A stretch of DNA of 64,000 bases, from the NCBI GenBank assembly GCA_963824825.1, contig CAWGQM010000003.1:189638-253637 (forward strand), read 5' to 3'. The position numbers were made by a program, and so were the translations under genes. The DNA is from an uncultured Alphaproteobacteria bacterium (lineage in GTDB: Bacteria > Pseudomonadota > Alphaproteobacteria > Sphingomonadales > Sphingomonadaceae). Positions 58,673-64,000 of this stretch are shown piece after piece. A model generated the notes under the pieces. The model saw nothing but the letters and a program-made list of their open reading frames with translations, had not been told where the DNA came from and did no database searches. How positions within the stretch are numbered: the stretch's first letter is position 1; every line of letters begins with the position of its first letter.

Positions 58673-59536
58673 GTGGACGAGAAAGATAAACCGACACACC
58701 GAGTGGCAAAGGCGACACAAGCAGCTGACCGGAAAAGTGTGGCTGTAACGGATACTCTTGCGACACGCGGCCCGCTAGCTGGGCAGGCACCTTCTGCCGC
58801 CAAAGCACTGCGAGATACGGCGAGCCTTGCGGGCAGCGACGTCTTTGCCGCGTCCCGGCACGCCGCGGCCACGCGCGATGCGATCTCCGGGGTCCTTGGC
58901 CGCTCCAATGCCCTCAGCGCCACCTCCCAGGCGCTCGCGGCGCAAAATGCGCTTACCGGCAGCCTTGCGGGCAGCGACGTCTTTGCCGCGTCCCGGCACG
59001 CCGCGGCCGCGCGCGATGCGATCTCGGGGGTCCTTGGCCGCTCCAATGCCCTCAGCGCCACCTCCCAGGCGCTCGCGGCGCAAAATGCGCTTACCGGCAG
59101 CCTTGCGGGCAGCGACGTCTTTGCCGCGTCCCGGCACGCCGCGGCCGCGCGCGATGCGATCTCGGGGGTCCTTGGCCGCTCCAATGCCCTCAGCGCCACC
59201 TCCCAGGCGCTCGCGGCGCAAAATGCGCTTACCGCCCCGGGAGCCTCAGCCCAATATCCTCCCCAACTCGGACGAATCGGCGCAACCACGGTTCCCCGCC
59301 CTCAGCGCGACAGTGCAGAGCCGATTGGCGACATCCGGGATTTGGGAAGGATCGTGCGGGAGGCCCGAAAGACACTCGGTTGGAATCAACAGGCCTTTGC
59401 CGACGCCTCGGGTGTCGGGAGGCGCTTCGTCTCCGAGTTGGAAACTGGAAAGCCTACGCTAGAATTCGGAAAGGTCCTTCGCTGCTGCGCCGCTGCCGGC
59501 ATAGATATCCTCGCAGCCAGGCGCCGATTGGCATGA
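58673..59536 (+). CDS. HipB/Y4mF-like HTH antitoxin with long N-terminal repeat extension
   Basis: GTG after AGGAG; C-terminal LGRIVREARKTLGWNQQAFADASGVGRRFVSELETGKPTLEFGKVL; ATGA overlap with hipA. Confidence 0.8.
   Translation: MDEKDKPTHRVAKATQAADRKSVAVTDTLATRGPLAGQAPSAAKALRDTASLAGSDVFAASRHAAATRDAISGVLGRSNALSATSQALAAQNALTGSLAGSDVFAASRHAAAARDAISGVLGRSNALSATSQALAAQNALTGSLAGSDVFAASRHAAAARDAISGVLGRSNALSATSQALAAQNALTAPGASAQYPPQLGRIGATTVPRPQRDSAEPIGDIRDLGRIVREARKTLGWNQQAFADASGVGRRFVSELETGKPTLEFGKVLRCCAAAGIDILAARRRLA
58823..59234 (+). repeat. 138-bp coding tandem repeat, three near-identical copies
   Basis: Units start at 58823, 58961 and 59099; 46-aa unit SLAGSDVFAASRHAAA(T/A)RDAISGVLGRSNALSATSQALAAQNALT(G). 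Confidence 0.95.
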
Positions 59537-60801
59537 ACGTTGTGCAAGTTCGTCTGGAGGCCGTTGACGTCCCCGTCGGGCATTTGAGATCCGAAGACAG
59601 CGGCGCCGTCGAATTCGCCTATCATGAGGATTATCTGGGCCGATCGGACGCACATGCCATCTCACTTGCCCTGCCGTTGGCAGAAGGCCCCTTTCCAGAT
59701 GCGGAAACACGGCCCTTCTTTTCCAACCTCTTGCCCGAAAACGATCAGCTGAGATCCGTTCTCGAACGCGAAGGACTCGATCGGGGCGACCTGGTGAGCA
59801 TCCTGTTCCATCTCGGCTCGGACATCTCCGGAGCACTGTCCTGCCTTCCGGTCGACGCGCCCCCGGCCAAGGTGCCGGGCCATCTCCAACTGGACTATGA
59901 TTTCCTGGACAAGGAGCAAGTTGACGAGATCGTCAGGCGCCTTGCCGGGGGTAATCCCCTCCCGGACGAACTCAGGGATCCTTCGCCGGTTGCAGGCTAT
60001 CAGCAAAAGATCGCGCTGGTGGTCGCGAACGACGGACGTTTCGCGATTCCAAAAGCCGGCAGCGGAGTGCCTACGACCCATATCTTGAAGGTTCCGAATA
60101 CGTCCATTCCCCGCGAGGCTTTCTATGAGGCGAGGGCTGCGGAGATAGGGCGGGATTTGGGCCTCGACGTCGCGCCTTCGGAATCTGGATGGATTGCGAA
60201 GCACGAGGTTCTCATTGCCACGCGTTTCGATCGAACCTTATCGTCGGATGGACAAATTTACAGACTTCATCAAGAGGACTTCGCGCAAGCCATGAGCCTG
60301 CCGCCAAGTCTCAAATATGAAAGAAATGGTCGCCCGGGCCGTATCTTCAGGGCTGAAGCGATTGCTGCCCTCTTGATGAGAACTGCAAGCCCGGCGGCCG
60401 CCATCGATGCTTTTCTCAAGGAGACCTTTTTCAATCTGGCGATCGGAAATACGGACAATCACGCAAAGAATCACGCTTTGATCTACGATGTTGGGCCGAT
60501 ACCCCGCCTCGCCCCGCTTTATGATATGGTGCCCATCCTGTTGAGCGAGATCCACCATCATCGCTTCGCCTTCAAAATCGGAGCCGCTTGCGAAGCCGGA
60601 GAACTCACCAAGGAAGACATTCTGACATTCTTAGCAGTTTTCGGTTTCAACCCTCCGGCGGCCCGACGATATCTCGACAACACCATCGTTCCTTTCCTCC
60701 AGCACCTCGCCAGTAGGCGAGGATTCGAGGACGACTGGTCACGCCGCTTTGACGACTTGATCGTTCGCGAAAGCAATAAGGTGCTCGCGTTGCTCGGATG
60801 A
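59533..60801 (+). CDS. hipA: HipA family Ser/Thr kinase toxin
   Basis: FFSNLLPE, VAGYQQK, THILK, RFDR, RLHQEDFAQ, GNTDNHAKN, LAPLYD. Confidence 0.93.
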   Translation: MNVVQVRLEAVDVPVGHLRSEDSGAVEFAYHEDYLGRSDAHAISLALPLAEGPFPDAETRPFFSNLLPENDQLRSVLEREGLDRGDLVSILFHLGSDISGALSCLPVDAPPAKVPGHLQLDYDFLDKEQVDEIVRRLAGGNPLPDELRDPSPVAGYQQKIALVVANDGRFAIPKAGSGVPTTHILKVPNTSIPREAFYEARAAEIGRDLGLDVAPSESGWIAKHEVLIATRFDRTLSSDGQIYRLHQEDFAQAMSLPPSLKYERNGRPGRIFRAEAIAALLMRTASPAAAIDAFLKETFFNLAIGNTDNHAKNHALIYDVGPIPRLAPLYDMVPILLSEIHHHRFAFKIGAACEAGELTKEDILTFLAVFGFNPPAARRYLDNTIVPFLQHLASRRGFEDDWSRRFDDLIVRESNKVLALLG

Positions 60802-60869
60802 GAAGGATCGAAGCATAGCCGCCCCCGCTGCTCTGAGCCCGCTGCCGTCCCGCTGCTTTCCCGCCGCCT

Positions 60870-61010
60870 TTGCCAGCGCCCCGCTCCTTGGCCAGGGACC
60901 GCGGCAATGACCGGACTCCGATCCGAGATTCTTCGGTCATAGCCCACATCGACCACGGAAAATCGACTTGGCTGACCGGCCGATCCGAACCAGGGGCGGC
61001 TCAGCGCGCG
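60870..61010 (+). pseudogene. Displaced lepA promoter + 5' fragment 1
   Basis: TTGCCA-N17-CAGGGA ... CAATGACCG; encodes [16 protein letters not shown] versus Lep[17 protein letters not shown]; ends CTCAGCGCGCG. Confidence 0.9.
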
Positions 61011-61116
61011 AAGCCTTGCTTTCTATGGCGCGGTTCCCGCCGTTTTCCGCTATGACCCCAATCTCATCCATCGCCCCGGGGCTTCGCGGGCGAGGGATGC
61101 AAACAGGGAGGTCCAC

Positions 61117-61266
61117 ATGGCTGCCGGCACAATTCTCCTCATCATCGCTCTGATCTGCTTCATCCTGGCCGCGGTCGGGGTCGCCATCGCCCGGATCAAC
61201 CTGATCGCCGCGGGCCTCGCCTGCGTCGTCGCTTCGATGCTGGTCGGAGCCTATATGGTCGGCTGA
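61117..61266 (+). CDS. 49-aa two-TM small protein
   Basis: RBS GGGAGG; MAAGTILLIIALICFILAAVGVAIARINLIAAGLACVVASMLVGAYMVG. Confidence 0.7.
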   Translation: MAAGTILLIIALICFILAAVGVAIARINLIAAGLACVVASMLVGAYMVG

Positions 61267-61277
61267 CCGCGCGGTCG

Positions 61278-61344
61278 TCGACCAAGGCAAATCGACCCCT
61301 GGCCGACCGGCTGATCCAAGCCATCGGCGGGCTCTCTGCGCGCG
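61278..61344 (+). pseudogene. Displaced lepA 5' fragment 2
   Basis: TCGACCAAGGCAAATCGACCCCTGGCCGACCGGCTGATCCAAGCCATCGGCGGGCTCTCTGCGCGCG versus lepA 62253-62318. Confidence 0.9.
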
Positions 61345-61395
61345 CCTTGATGCCAAGACATTGCCTTCTTCGATCCTCTTCGTTATAACCTTCGT

Positions 61396-61623
61396 ATGAA
61401 CATGGAGCTCAAGATCACGAAGATCGGCAATTCGGCTGGCGTCGTCCTGCCGAAGGAACTGCTGGCTCGCCTCCGCGTCGGCCAGGGCGATACGCTCTAT
61501 GCGAGCGAAGCGCCCGACGGCATCCGGCTGACGGCGTCCGACCCGGACTTCGCGGAGAAGATGGCCTTGGCGGAGACGATCATGCGCGAGGATCGTGACA
61601 TCCTGCGCGCGCTCGCCAAGTGA
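61396..61623 (+). CDS. AbrB/MazE-type antitoxin
   Basis: LKITKIGNSAGVVLPKELL, IMREDRDILRALAK; promoter TTGCCT-N17-TATAAC with GTTATAAC palindrome. Confidence 0.92.
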   Translation: MNMELKITKIGNSAGVVLPKELLARLRVGQGDTLYASEAPDGIRLTASDPDFAEKMALAETIMREDRDILRALAK

Positions 61624-61636
61624 CGCCGGCCCGCTA

Positions 61637-62038
61637 ATGACTGCGCCGCACCGCGCCGAGCCGCGCTGGCTCGAAGCCGCGGTGGCGCTCGCCATTCATG
61701 ATCGGCAGCTCGCCGAGCATGGCGGCGGCAGCGGCGTGCGCGACACCGGCATGCTGGAATCGGCGCTCGCCCGCCCGGTCAACGCATGGGCGTATGACGA
61801 GCACGACCCCGCCGCACTCGCTGCCGCCTATGCGTTCGGAATCGCGCGCAATCATCCGTTCGTCGACGGCAACAAGCGCTCCGCCTGGGCGCTCGCCCGC
61901 CTCTTCCTGGCGCTTAACCGGCATGAACTGCGTTTCGATTCCGCCGAGGCCATTGGGGCAATGCTGGCGCTGGCGGCCGGAGAATTGTCGGAAGACGAGA
62001 TGGCGGACTGGTTCCGCACCCGCCTGAGCGCGGCCTGA
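61637..62038 (+). CDS. doc: Death-on-curing (Doc/Fic) toxin
   Basis: IHDRQLAEHGG, GVRD, SALARP, Fic motif HPFVDGNKR. Confidence 0.93.
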   Translation: MTAPHRAEPRWLEAAVALAIHDRQLAEHGGGSGVRDTGMLESALARPVNAWAYDEHDPAALAAAYAFGIARNHPFVDGNKRSAWALARLFLALNRHELRFDSAEAIGAMLALAAGELSEDEMADWFRTRLSAA

Positions 62039-62042
62039 TCAT

Positions 62043-62129
62043 CGTCATTCCAGCGACAGCTGGAATCTCACTGCCCTTGCGGTCGCCGGCGGGAGAAGAA
62101 GGGAGATTCCAGCCTTCGCTGGAATGACG
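62043..62129. repeat. CGTC-type REP doublet
   Basis: CGTCATTCCAGCGACAGCTGGAATCTC ... GAGATTCCAGCCTTCGCTGGAATGACG. Confidence 0.85.
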
Positions 62130-62206
62130 GGGAATGCTCTGCTTCCGGCCCACGCAGCCACCCCCCGGTTGGCGATGCGCGCCGCCCCTGCTAGGGCGCG
62201 CGTCCA

Positions 62207-64000
<1,794 letters not shown>

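Noticed and set aside
58823-59234. 138-bp repeats as CRISPR or iterons
   Set aside because: No spacers, length is a multiple of 3 within an open frame, and there is no rep or cas gene

Overview
High-GC alphaproteobacterial chromosomal segment; gene content and repeat families suggest Sphingomonadaceae (inference). Single-base frameshifts are frequent and also hit hemH, phbB, the large NAD-GDH and lepA, so they are read as long-read indel errors rather than pseudogenes. The backbone holds a molybdopterin oxidoreductase, hemH, phbB, NAD-GDH, tRNA-Thr(CGT), an L,D-transpeptidase, maiA, two TonB-dependent receptors, tRNA-Pro(CGG), an FprA-like reductase, tad minor pilins and lepA. Accessory content: (i) a CsoR-controlled metal cluster beside a secreted (QQGQH)11 protein; (ii) a P47/TULIP-like gene divergent from a flavin amino-acid oxidase + 2-keto-acid decarboxylase pair; (iii) a 2.7-kb IS1595-family element with inverted repeats, target duplication, a passenger gene and a structured non-coding block; (iv) two tandem unknown paralogs ending in IDPDVRYPGGSG with a shared upstream palindrome; (v) a membrane-anchored TIR protein; (vi) a MITE that supplies a -35 box to the adjacent gene; (vii) a defence-rich stretch before lepA with a LexA-boxed C5-MTase/NotI-like/Vsr operon, HipBA with a repeat-expanded antitoxin, and AbrB-Doc. 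The best candidate for an undescribed system is in this last stretch: two displaced lepA 5' fragments end at the same lepA position and separate small cassettes, with no integrase in the window.
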